From the NCBI GenBank assembly GCA_036380735.1, contig DASVEE010000045.1, positions 77,424 through 141,423 of the forward strand: DNA of 64,000 nt, written 5' to 3'. Source of the DNA: Thermoanaerobaculia bacterium. Its GTDB lineage: Bacteria; Acidobacteriota; Thermoanaerobaculia; Gp7-AA8. Shown in pieces: positions 44,680-53,659 of this stretch; the stretch's first letter is position 1; each line of letters starts with the position of its first letter. Position numbers and translations under genes: made by a program. Under the pieces are notes generated by a model. That model worked only from the letters and a program-made list of their open reading frames with translations. It made no database searches and was not told where the DNA came from.

Positions 44680-44759
44680 ATCGGGAATCCAGACTGCCGG
44701 CCAACGCGCTCAAATCGCGTAACTCCAGTGCCGCCAGTATTTAGCGCGCTGCCATCTCA

Positions 44760-44774
44760 TGGCACTTCCGTTGC
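44760..44774 (+). promoter_or_regulatory. Sigma54 (-24/-12) promoter for the EAL-che operon
   Basis: TGGCAC-TTCCG-TTGC(G), 20 nt upstream of ATG 44794 (very short leader). Confidence 0.6.
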
Positions 44775-44793
44775 GCTAGGGCCACTCATTCAA

Positions 44794-45552
44794 ATGATCC
44801 ACGACACTCTCGACCGCTGGTTCCATGACGACGCCGTCACGGTGCTTTTTCAACCGATCGTCCAAACCGATGCATCGCTGGCGCTGCATTCGGTCGAGGC
44901 GCTGACGCGTGGTCCGCGGGGAACGCAATTCGAGGACGCGGGCGTCTTCTTCGAATACCTGCGCCAGACCAAGCAGGAGATCCGCGCCGACCGCCGCTGC
45001 GTCGCCGCCGCCATCAAGGCGGTCGCGGAGCACGGCGGCGTCGAGCACGTGTCGATCAACATTCATCCGACCACACTGGAGCGCGACACGCAGTTCGCCG
45101 GCTTCCTGGAAAGCGTCCTGGCGCGTGAGTCGTTCGACGCGCACCGCATCACGCTCGAGATCATCGAAGAGTCGCGCTACTGGAGCTCGCAGGCTCTCGG
45201 CGCGGCCGTGCAGGACGTCCGCTCGCTCGGCGTCACGATCGCGCTCGACGACGTCGGCGTCGGCCGCTGCAACTACCGGACGATCCTCGACGTCGCTCCC
45301 GACGTCCTGAAGATCGACCGCTGCTTCATCGACGGCTGCGCCGGCGACGTACGCCGCCGCGCCATCGTCGATTCCATCCGCCGCCTGGCGTCCGACATCG
45401 GCGCGGTCGTCGTCGCCGAAGGCGTCGAGCGCGAGGAGGACTTCGCCGTCGTCCGGGAGCTCCGCATCCCGTACGCCCAGGGCTATCTCTTCAGCCGTCC
45501 ACGCCCGCTCGCCGAAGTCATTCCACCCTACAAACAGCTCATCACCGCATGA
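44794..45552 (+). CDS. Stand-alone EAL-domain c-di-GMP phosphodiesterase
   Basis: LFQPIV, VEALTRG, IALDDVGVG, VVAEGVE, QGYLFSRP. Confidence 0.85.
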   Translation: MIHDTLDRWFHDDAVTVLFQPIVQTDASLALHSVEALTRGPRGTQFEDAGVFFEYLRQTKQEIRADRRCVAAAIKAVAEHGGVEHVSINIHPTTLERDTQFAGFLESVLARESFDAHRITLEIIEESRYWSSQALGAAVQDVRSLGVTIALDDVGVGRCNYRTILDVAPDVLKIDRCFIDGCAGDVRRRAIVDSIRRLASDIGAVVVAEGVEREEDFAVVRELRIPYAQGYLFSRPRPLAEVIPPYKQLITA

Positions 45553-45566
45553 AGGAGAGAAGTGCA

Positions 45567-45938
45567 ATGTCCCGAAAGAAGATCCTCCTCGTCGACGACT
45601 CCAACACCATCCTGATGATGGAACGGATGATCCTCACGAAAGGACCCTACGACCTTCTGACCGCCAGCAACGGCGAAGAGGCCGTCGCCAAAGCCCTCAC
45701 CGAACGCCCCGACCTCATCCTGATGGACGTCGTCATGCCGAAGATGAACGGCTTCGACGCGTGCCGGAAGATCCGCAGCGAAGCCACCATCAAAGACACG
45801 CCCGTGATCATGGTCACGACGCGCGGCGAGGTGCAGAACGTCGAGACGGGCTTCGAGTCCGGCTGCAACGACTACGTCACCAAGCCGATCAACGGCGCCG
45901 AGCTGATGGCGAAGCTGAAGACGTTCCTGGGGGATTGA
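45567..45938 (+). CDS. CheY-like response regulator
   Basis: ILLVDDS, LILMDVVMPKMNG, VTTRG, DYVTKP. GAAGGAGAG SD sequence upstream. Confidence 0.85.
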   Translation: MSRKKILLVDDSNTILMMERMILTKGPYDLLTASNGEEAVAKALTERPDLILMDVVMPKMNGFDACRKIRSEATIKDTPVIMVTTRGEVQNVETGFESGCNDYVTKPINGAELMAKLKTFLGD

Positions 45939-45943
45939 CGCCG

Positions 45944-46648
45944 ATGAGCAACGAGACGAACCACACCTCGTACGTCGACCGCGTCCGCGAGGACACGCAG
46001 AAATACGTTCGCCGTCTCCTCGGCGAGAACGAACAGCTTCGCGTCACCATCGCGCAGCTCGAGTCCGAGATCGGCCGCGTCAAGCAGGAGCTGACGCAGC
46101 GCCAGGTCGTCGAGCACGAGCTGCAGCTCGCGGTCGAGCGCATCCGCGCCGAGAGCGAGCAGTACATGGCGCAGTTCGCCGAAGTCGAGATGCACAACGC
46201 CAATCTGGCGAACCTCTACGTCGCCAGCTACCAGCTCCACGGCACGCTCGAGCGTGACACGGTGCTCAACTCCATGCAGGAGATCATCGTCAACCTCGTC
46301 GGCTCGGAAGAGTTCGCGATCTGCGAGATCGAGGACGAGGCGCTGACGCTGCTCGCCTCGGTCGGTCTCGAGGACCGTAGCGTGACGATGGCCACGCCGT
46401 GCGTGCGCGATGCCGTGACCAGCGGCGTGCCGCACATCACCAGCCCGATCGACCGCAATCCCACCGAGCCGCTCGTCTGCCTGCCGCTCAAGCTCGACGG
46501 CCGCGTCATCGGCGTCATCGTCATCATCAGCCTCCTGTCGCACAAAATGCAGCTCGAGCCGCTCGACCACGAGCTGTTCGACCTCCTCGCCACGCACGCC
46601 GCCACCGCCCTCTACTGCACCTCGCTCCACGAACGGGTCGCCGGATGA
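45944..46648 (+). CDS. Coiled-coil + GAF-domain protein
   Basis: N-terminal heptad-rich region (LRVTIAQLESEIGRVKQEL) followed by a GAF-like domain. Paralog of 1..528. Confidence 0.7.
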   Translation: MSNETNHTSYVDRVREDTQKYVRRLLGENEQLRVTIAQLESEIGRVKQELTQRQVVEHELQLAVERIRAESEQYMAQFAEVEMHNANLANLYVASYQLHGTLERDTVLNSMQEIIVNLVGSEEFAICEIEDEALTLLASVGLEDRSVTMATPCVRDAVTSGVPHITSPIDRNPTEPLVCLPLKLDGRVIGVIVIISLLSHKMQLEPLDHELFDLLATHAATALYCTSLHERVAG

Positions 46649-47148
46649 CGAGCATCGAGGAACTGCTGAAGACGTCGGGGCTCCCCCGCGGCGAAGAGGC
46701 GAACGCGCGCAAGGTCTACCTGCACGCCGGCCAGCTCTACGCCTCGGCCGAGCCTACGGAGATCGTCACGATCCTCGGGTCGTGCGTCGCCGTCTGCATG
46801 TTCGACCGCGCACGCGGCGTCGGCGGCCTGAACCACTTCATGCTCCCGACCGAGAGCGCCACGCCGAGCCCTCGCTACGCCCGTCACGCCAATGAAATGC
46901 TCATCAAGCAGCTCGTCGCCCTCGGCGCGAGCAGGTCGCGCCTCGAAGCCAAGATCTTCGGCGGCGCTTCCGTCCTGAAGATGGGCGGCGACACCGGCAG
47001 CGACCTCGGCATGCGCAACATCGAAGCGGCGCGGCTCCACCTCGCCAACGAAAAGATTCCCATCCTCGGCGAAGACGTCGGCGGTCTGCGCGGGCGCAAG
47101 CTCGTGTTCCTCACCGGCGACGGCACCGCCCTGATCAAGCAGGTGTAA
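46645..47148 (+). CDS. cheD: Chemoreceptor glutamine deamidase CheD
   Basis: ILGSCVAVCMFD, GGLNHFMLP, KIFGGAS. ATGA overlap upstream. Confidence 0.85.
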   Translation: MTSIEELLKTSGLPRGEEANARKVYLHAGQLYASAEPTEIVTILGSCVAVCMFDRARGVGGLNHFMLPTESATPSPRYARHANEMLIKQLVALGASRSRLEAKIFGGASVLKMGGDTGSDLGMRNIEAARLHLANEKIPILGEDVGGLRGRKLVFLTGDGTALIKQV

Positions 47149-47150
47149 CC

Positions 47151-48782
47151 ATGAGCGAGTTCGAGATCGACAGAGACGACATCGTCCGCGTGTTCCTCGC
47201 GGAAGCCGAGGAGAGCCTCACGCTCCTCGACGAGATGCTCGTCATCCTCGAGACGCGTCCGAATGACGATGAAGTCATCAACGCGATCTTTCGCGCGGCG
47301 CACACGCTCAAAGGCAACGCGGCAACCCTCGGCTTCGACGCGCTGACGAGCCTCGCTCACGCGATGGAGGACGTCCTCGACGAGACGCGCGCCAAACGCT
47401 TCAGCGTCACCAGCGGCCTCATTACGCTGCTCCTCCGTTCCGGCGACGCGTTCCGCCAGATGATCCCGGCCGCGGTCGCGGGCTCGAACGAGCTCACCGC
47501 CACGGCCACGCAGATCATCGAAGCACTCGAAGCCGCCCGGAAAGTCGGCTTCGTCACGGAGACGGCGTCCTACGTGGTCGAGCAGGAGACGACCGACACG
47601 GCGAATGTGAACGCGCGGCGCAAACTGCGCGTCGACCTCGACCGCCTGGACGTCATCCTCAATCTCACGAGCGAGCTCTCCATCGCCTCCGGCCGTCTGT
47701 CCGACGGACTGGCGTCGCTGCCGGAGCGCGAGCGCGAGCGCATCGATTCCGCGTTCGTCGACGTGGAGCGCATCCTCGGCGAGCTGCAGGAGCAGGTCAC
47801 CCGCGTGCGCATGGTGCCGATCGGCCCGCGCTTCGAACAGCAGCGCCGCACGATCCGCGACCTCGCGCAGTCGGCCGGCAAGCCGATCCGGCTCGTCATC
47901 GAAGGGCGCGACGTCGAAGTCGACGCCTCGCTCGTCGATCAGCTCAAGGATCCGCTCACGCACATCCTCCGCAACGCCGTCGATCACGGCATCGAGAAGC
48001 CGGAAGTGCGCCGGGAGCGCGGCAAGGATCCGATTGCCACGATCACGCTGCGTGCGCGCCACGACGGCGGCAGCGTCGTCGTCGACGTCATCGACGACGG
48101 CGGCGGCTTCGATCGCGAGCGCATCCTCGCCCGTGCCCGCGAGCGCGGCATGATCGCCCCGAACGCCACGCCTGCGGACGACGAGATCTTCGGCTGCGTC
48201 TTCGCGCCGGGGTTCTCGACGGCAGATGTCGTCACCGAGATCTCCGGACGCGGTGTGGGCATGGACGTCGTGAGCCGCGGCATCGCGGCGATGCGCGGTA
48301 CCGTCCAGGTGTCGAGCGTGGCCGGCTACGGCGCGACGATCACCATGCGCCTGCCGCTCACGCTGGCGATGCTGAGCGGCCTCGTGGTTGCGGCGGCAGG
48401 GGAGCGCTTCGTCGTTCCGATCGGCGCGATCCGGCAGTGCCTGGTCGTTCCGAAGAGTGAAGCGCGCGAGGCCGCGTACGGACTGCTCGACGTGAACGAC
48501 AGCGTCGTCCCGTACATCCGGCTGGCGCCGTTCTTCGCACTTGACGCCGCGGCCGTCACGCGCGTCGAGCAGATGGTGCTGGTCGAGGCCGAGGGGATGA
48601 CTGTGGGCCTCGTGGCCGACGATCTCGTCGGCGAAATGCAGGCGGTCATCAAACCGCTCGGCAAAGTCTTCCGCCAGTTGTCGGGCGTTACTGCATCAAC
48701 GATTTTTCCGGATGGACGGGTGGGGCTGATTCTCGACGTCGCGGCTCTGGTGCGCAGTGCGACGAGAGGAGCCGCGGCGTGA
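47151..48782 (+). CDS. cheA: Chemotaxis histidine kinase CheA
   Basis: HPt domain [14 protein letters not shown]. Kinase boxes DHGIE, DDGGGF, GRGVGMD. C-terminal CheW-like domain. Confidence 0.9.
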   Translation: MSEFEIDRDDIVRVFLAEAEESLTLLDEMLVILETRPNDDEVINAIFRAAHTLKGNAATLGFDALTSLAHAMEDVLDETRAKRFSVTSGLITLLLRSGDAFRQMIPAAVAGSNELTATATQIIEALEAARKVGFVTETASYVVEQETTDTANVNARRKLRVDLDRLDVILNLTSELSIASGRLSDGLASLPERERERIDSAFVDVERILGELQEQVTRVRMVPIGPRFEQQRRTIRDLAQSAGKPIRLVIEGRDVEVDASLVDQLKDPLTHILRNAVDHGIEKPEVRRERGKDPIATITLRARHDGGSVVVDVIDDGGGFDRERILARARERGMIAPNATPADDEIFGCVFAPGFSTADVVTEISGRGVGMDVVSRGIAAMRGTVQVSSVAGYGATITMRLPLTLAMLSGLVVAAAGERFVVPIGAIRQCLVVPKSEAREAAYGLLDVNDSVVPYIRLAPFFALDAAAVTRVEQMVLVEAEGMTVGLVADDLVGEMQAVIKPLGKVFRQLSGVTASTIFPDGRVGLILDVAALVRSATRGAAA

Positions 48783-50485
48783 AACCGAATTCGAAAGAGA
48801 GACAAACCATGGTCGAGTCGCGAGGAGCGAACTTCGGAGCGAAGTTCCTCAACAACCTGAAATTCCGTCACAAGCTGCTGCTGCTGCCGCTCCTGGCCGC
48901 CGTCGGCTTCGTCGTCGTGCTCTGCGTGAGCATCTTCTTCAGCATGAAGAACAGCAACCTGCTGACGCTCGTGCAGACCGGCTATTACCCCGCCCTCAAA
49001 GGCTCCGAAGTGCTGACGCAGGACCTGGCCGCCATCCAGCGCGGACTGCAGGATGCCGTCGCCGCCGCGGACGTCGCGGCGGTCGAAGAGGTCGACAAGA
49101 TCCGCGATCAGTACAACGCGCAGATCGCCGAGTCGCTGAAGAACCCCGTAGTCGACGCGGAAGAGCACAACGCCCTGAAGAAGGCGCTGGACGACTATTA
49201 CGCCATTGCACGTCCGACCACGCTGCGCATGATCAACGGCGAATCGGGCGACGCCATGCTCGCCGCGATGCAGACGATGAAGGCGCGCTACAACAACGTC
49301 GAGCAACTGCTCGCGGCCGACCTGGCGGCCGACACCAAGGCCATCGACGCCGCGTTCGCGACGACGCGCCGCACCCAGAACATGACCACGATCATCATGT
49401 CGTCGGTCGTCCTCGTCTGCATCATCGGCCTCGTCTTCGTCTCGATGCACGTGGCGAAGCTCGTGACCCGCTCGCTCGACCGCGTCGTCACCGTCGCGCA
49501 GTCGGTCGCCGGAGGCGATCTCTCCAGCCGCATCGAGGTCGAATCGGCCGACGAGACCGGCCAGCTCATGAGCGCGATGCAGGAGATGTCGGACAAGCTG
49601 TCGATGATCATCGGCCAGGTCCGCGGCGGCGCCAACACGCTCGCCTCGGCCGCCGGCCAGCTCTTCTCCTCCGCCACGGAAGTGTCACAGGCCACGGGCC
49701 AGCAGGCGTCGAGCGTCGAAGAGACGACGGCCAGCCTCGAAGAGATGTCCGCCTCGATCGCCCAGAACGCCGAGAACAGCCGGATCATGGAGCAGATCGC
49801 CATCAAGGCCGCGCGCGACGCGGAGCAGAGCGGCAAGGCCGTCACCGAGACCGTCGTGGCGATGAAGTCGATCGCCGAGCGCATCTCCATCGTCGAGGAG
49901 ATCGCCTTCCAGACGAACCTCCTCGCGCTCAACGCCGCGATCGAAGCGGCGCGCGCCGGCGAGATGGGACGCGGCTTCGCCGTCGTCGCCTCGGAAGTCC
50001 GCAAGCTCGCCGAGCGCAGCCAGAGCGCCGCGAAAGAGATCCGCAACCTCGCCGGCTCCAGCGTCGAAGTGGCGGAGCGTTCCGGCACGCTGATGCAGGA
50101 GCTCGTCGGCACCACGAAGAAAACGTCCGATCTGTTGCAGGAAGTCGCCGCCGCTTCGAGCGAGCAGGCCTCCGGCGTCTCGCAGATCAACCGCGCGATG
50201 TCGCAGCTCGATCAGGTCACGCAGCGCAATGCTGCTGCGGCCGAGGAGCTGTCGAGCACCGCTGAAGAAATGAACTCCCAGGCGACCACATTGCAGGATG
50301 CGATCGCCTTCTTTACCGTCAATGGCGCGGGCGAAGAGCTGCCTTCTTCTACCTCCGTTCCCGCTGGTCCGCGCCTCACCACCACCCCCAGGGCAAAGAC
50401 GCCCGCTGCACGCCTGGCCGCGTCGGCGGGCGTCTTTCAGCCGCCCCATCCCACCGGTGACACGAGTGAGTACAAGAGGTTCTGA
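48779..50485 (+). CDS. Methyl-accepting chemotaxis protein (two TM helices, periplasmic helical sensor, HAMP)
   Basis: Signalling hairpin [41 protein letters not shown]. Confidence 0.9.
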   Translation: MKPNSKERQTMVESRGANFGAKFLNNLKFRHKLLLLPLLAAVGFVVVLCVSIFFSMKNSNLLTLVQTGYYPALKGSEVLTQDLAAIQRGLQDAVAAADVAAVEEVDKIRDQYNAQIAESLKNPVVDAEEHNALKKALDDYYAIARPTTLRMINGESGDAMLAAMQTMKARYNNVEQLLAADLAADTKAIDAAFATTRRTQNMTTIIMSSVVLVCIIGLVFVSMHVAKLVTRSLDRVVTVAQSVAGGDLSSRIEVESADETGQLMSAMQEMSDKLSMIIGQVRGGANTLASAAGQLFSSATEVSQATGQQASSVEETTASLEEMSASIAQNAENSRIMEQIAIKAARDAEQSGKAVTETVVAMKSIAERISIVEEIAFQTNLLALNAAIEAARAGEMGRGFAVVASEVRKLAERSQSAAKEIRNLAGSSVEVAERSGTLMQELVGTTKKTSDLLQEVAAASSEQASGVSQINRAMSQLDQVTQRNAAAAEELSSTAEEMNSQATTLQDAIAFFTVNGAGEELPSSTSVPAGPRLTTTPRAKTPAARLAASAGVFQPPHPTGDTSEYKRF

Positions 50486-50488
50486 CCG

Positions 50489-50821
50489 ATGACGGCCGAG
50501 ATGCTCATCGTCACGATCGGCGGCCTGCGATGCGCGGTGCCAATGGAGCGCGTGCTCGAAGTGCGCGTGCACCAGGGCTCCACGCGCATCCCGGGCTCGC
50601 CCGATTGGGTGTGCGGGGTGATCGAGCGTGAGGGCGTCGCGACGCAGGTCGTCGATGCCGCCCGCCGCCACGGCCGCCAGCTCACCTTCGACGAGCGCAA
50701 CTGCCTCGTGTTCGTCGAAGGACGCGGCGCGATGCTCGTCGACGGCGTCGAGGGCATTGCCGAGGTGTCGGACGACTCGGTCGTCATCGATCTCGACCAG
50801 ATGTTTGGAGGTGCGGCATGA
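50489..50821 (+). CDS. cheW: CheW-like coupling protein (short)
   Basis: CheW-like fold pattern (GGLRCAVPMERVLEV, GVIEREG). Sits in the che operon. Confidence 0.7.
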   Translation: MTAEMLIVTIGGLRCAVPMERVLEVRVHQGSTRIPGSPDWVCGVIEREGVATQVVDAARRHGRQLTFDERNCLVFVEGRGAMLVDGVEGIAEVSDDSVVIDLDQMFGGAA

Positions 50822-51285
50822 ACACCGCCTACGTGACGCTCCGCGTCGGAGCGGAGCTGTACGCTGTGCCGGCATCGACGGTCAGCGAGATCGTGTTGCT
50901 GCAGCCGCTGACGCGGGTGCCGACGATGCCGCCGTCGATCCGCGGCCTGATGAATCTCCGCGGCACCGTCATTCCCGTCGTCGATCTCGCCCGTCAGCTC
51001 GGCCTCGGCGAAACGCCCACGTCGATGCATACGTGCGCGGTCGTCGTCGACATCGACGCGGACGGCGTGCGCGCGCCGATGGGCATCATCACGGACGAGG
51101 TGCAGGACGTGCTGATGCTCTCGCCGAAGGACATCGAGCCGGCGCCGGCGTTCGGCGCCGCCGTCGAAGCGGCGTATCTCTCCGGCATGACGCGCATCGC
51201 CGGACGCTACACGCTCATTCTCGATCTCACGCGCATTCTCACGCCCGACGAGCTGCTCGCGGCGATCGAAGAGACCCATGACTAA
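50818..51285 (+). CDS. cheW: CheW coupling protein
   Basis: LYAVPASTVSEIV, IRGLMNLRGTVIPVVDL. Confidence 0.85.
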   Translation: MNTAYVTLRVGAELYAVPASTVSEIVLLQPLTRVPTMPPSIRGLMNLRGTVIPVVDLARQLGLGETPTSMHTCAVVVDIDADGVRAPMGIITDEVQDVLMLSPKDIEPAPAFGAAVEAAYLSGMTRIAGRYTLILDLTRILTPDELLAAIEETHD

Positions 51286-52108
51286 CAACCTGACCGAGGC
51301 GGAGTTCGTCCGCTTTCAACAGCTCATCGAGCAGGAGATCGGCATCCACCTGTCGGACGCCAAGAAACCGCTGCTCGTGGCACGCCTGTCGAAGCGGCTC
51401 CGCCACCTCGGTCTCGGCTCGTTCGGCGCTTACTACGACCACGTCGTGGCAGGCAACGATCCGGACGAGCGCATCCGCATGTTCGACGCGATCTCGACGA
51501 ACGAGACGCGCTTCTTCCGCGAGCCGAAGCACTTCGAGTTCCTCGACAGCGAAGTCTTCCCGAGGCTCAAGATGGAAGCGGCGAACGGAGAGCGTGCGAA
51601 GAAGCTGCGGATCTGGAGTGCCGGCTGCTCGTCGGGGGAGGAGCCGTATTCGCTGGCGATGCTGCTGCTCTACCACTTCGATCCGGGCGAGTGGGACATG
51701 CGCATCGACGCCACCGACATCTCCACGCGCGTGCTCGACACCGCGCGCCGTGGCACGTGGCCGATGCGCAAGACGGCGGAGATTCCGCGCGAATACCTCC
51801 GCCGCTACATGCTGCGTGGAACGCAGTCGCAGGAAGGCTACTTCAAGGCCAGCGACGAGCTGCGCCGCATCATCCGCTTCGGCCGTGTCAATCTCACGGA
51901 CGATGCGTATCCGGTCGACGGTCCGTACGACTTCGTCCTCTGCCGCAACGTGCTGATCTACTTCAACCATGCGCTCCGCGTGCGCGTGGTCAACAATCTG
52001 CTCGCGCAGGTCGCGCCCGGGGGCTACTTCTTCCTCGGGCACGCCGAAACGCTCAGCGGACTCGCGGACGGCCCACGCACCGTCATGCCCACCGTCTATG
52101 CCAAGTAA
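51278..52108 (+). CDS. cheR: Chemotaxis methyltransferase CheR
   Basis: NETRFFREPKHF, IWSAGCSSGEEPYSLAM, CRNVLIYF. Confidence 0.9.
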   Translation: MTNNLTEAEFVRFQQLIEQEIGIHLSDAKKPLLVARLSKRLRHLGLGSFGAYYDHVVAGNDPDERIRMFDAISTNETRFFREPKHFEFLDSEVFPRLKMEAANGERAKKLRIWSAGCSSGEEPYSLAMLLLYHFDPGEWDMRIDATDISTRVLDTARRGTWPMRKTAEIPREYLRRYMLRGTQSQEGYFKASDELRRIIRFGRVNLTDDAYPVDGPYDFVLCRNVLIYFNHALRVRVVNNLLAQVAPGGYFFLGHAETLSGLADGPRTVMPTVYAK

Positions 52109-53129
52109 CCTGCACGTCCTCGTGGTCGATGACTCCGCCGTAGTCCGGCAGACGATTCAGGCCATTCTCAAGACGCAGCCGGACATCACCACGTCCGCGG
52201 CGGCCGATCCGTTCATCGCGATGGACAAGATGAAGAAGGATCGTCCGGACGTGATCATCCTCGACCTCGAGATGCCGCGCATGGACGGACTCACGTTCCT
52301 GCGCAAGCTGATGAAAGAGGATCCGCTGCCGGTGATCGTCTGCTCCGGTCACGTCGGCGACGCGAGCCGCGAAGCGGTGCGTGCCCTCGAAGCGGGCGCG
52401 GTGGAGCTCATCGCCAAGCCGAACCTCGGCGTGCAGAGCTTCCTCACGGACTCCGCGGTGATCCTGGTGGACGCCGTGCGCGCGGCCTCGGAGTACCGCC
52501 TCCCGGTGCGCCGGAACGCCGGCATCGTGCCGACACGTCCTCCGGCGATCGGCCGTCGTGCGCCGCGCGTCATCGCGCTGGGTGCTTCCACCGGCGGCAC
52601 GGAAGCGATCCGCGAGATCCTCGAGCCGCTGCCGGTCTCGACGTGCGGCATCGTCATCGTCCAGCACATGCCGGCGCCGTTCACGCGATCGTTCGCGAAT
52701 CGCCTGAACGAGCTTTGCGCGATCGAAGTGAAGGAAGCCGAGGCGGGCGACGAGATCCACCCCGGCCGCGCCCTCGTGGCGCCCGGCAACCGCCACATGA
52801 CCGTGCACACGCACGGCCCGCGCATGTTCGTCGAGCTGCACGACGCCCCGCTGGTCTCCCGCCACCGCCCGAGCGTGGACGTGCTGTTCCGCTCCGTGGC
52901 GGAGAGCTTCGGCGCCGACGCCATCGGCGTCCTGCTGACTGGCATGGGCGCCGACGGCGCCGCCGGCCTGCTGGACATGCGCACCGCGCGAGCGACGACC
53001 ATCGCCCAGGACGAATCCACCAGCGCCGTCTTCGGCATGCCCCGCGAAGCCATTCGCAAAGGCGCCGTGGAGGCAGTGCTGCCGCTGCCCCAGATCGCTT
53101 CAGCGCTACTGAGGATGATGCAGGGGTAG
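52098..53129 (+). CDS. cheB: Chemotaxis methylesterase/response regulator CheB
   Basis: Receiver domain (VLVVDDS, DLEMPRMDG) plus esterase motifs (GASTGG, QHMP, GMGADG). Confidence 0.9.
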   Translation: MPSNLHVLVVDDSAVVRQTIQAILKTQPDITTSAAADPFIAMDKMKKDRPDVIILDLEMPRMDGLTFLRKLMKEDPLPVIVCSGHVGDASREAVRALEAGAVELIAKPNLGVQSFLTDSAVILVDAVRAASEYRLPVRRNAGIVPTRPPAIGRRAPRVIALGASTGGTEAIREILEPLPVSTCGIVIVQHMPAPFTRSFANRLNELCAIEVKEAEAGDEIHPGRALVAPGNRHMTVHTHGPRMFVELHDAPLVSRHRPSVDVLFRSVAESFGADAIGVLLTGMGADGAAGLLDMRTARATTIAQDESTSAVFGMPREAIRKGAVEAVLPLPQIASALLRMMQG

Positions 53130-53186
53130 GCGGCGCACCGTGCGTGGGTGTCGTTGGCGCGCGGAGTATCGTGGCTTTTAGCGCGT

Positions 53187-53287
53187 GGTTGTTGTCGGTT
53201 TTCGGTTTTTGGTTTTCGGTGCTGCGCCCTGCGAGGATCTACGCGTAGCGCAGCACCGACAACCGACAACCGACAACCGAAAACAAC
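53187..53287. repeat. Family-A palindromic repeat (CCGAMAA variant) between convergent cheB and 53287..53652
   Basis: ggttgttgtcggttttcggtttttggttttcggtgctgcgc / loop / gcgcagcaccgacaaccgacaaccgacaaccgaaaacaac. Confidence 0.85.
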
Positions 53288-53652
53288 TACCGCCGCGCCC
53301 CCAACAGTTCATTCACCGTCGCGGCGATCTCCGGCAGCCTTTTCGGTTTCTGCAGCAGGACGTCCGCGCCGCGGGCGTCGGCCTGGACGGCGGATGCGCG
53401 GTAGGCGGTCAGCACGACGATCACCATCGTTTCGCTTTGGCCTCGCGCGAAGCGCACCACCTCCAGCCCTTCCGCTTCCTCGGAACCGGTGAGGCGCACG
53501 TCGGCGATCAGCACGTCGTACGTGCGCGTCGACAGCAGCTCGATCGCTTCGTCGCGGCGCGAGGCGGTGTCGACTTCGAAGCCCGTCAGCGTGAAGTAGC
53601 TGCGGCACGCGAAGGTGATGACATCTTCGTCGTCGACGACGAGCATACGCAT
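53287..53652 (-). CDS. Single-domain response regulator
   Basis: MLVVDDED, VLIADVRLTG, LTAY, LQKP. Confidence 0.8.
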   Translation of the reverse strand: MRMLVVDDEDVITFACRSYFTLTGFEVDTASRRDEAIELLSTRTYDVLIADVRLTGSEEAEGLEVVRFARGQSETMVIVVLTAYRASAVQADARGADVLLQKPKRLPEIAATVNELLGARR

Positions 53653-53659
53653 CGGTGGA

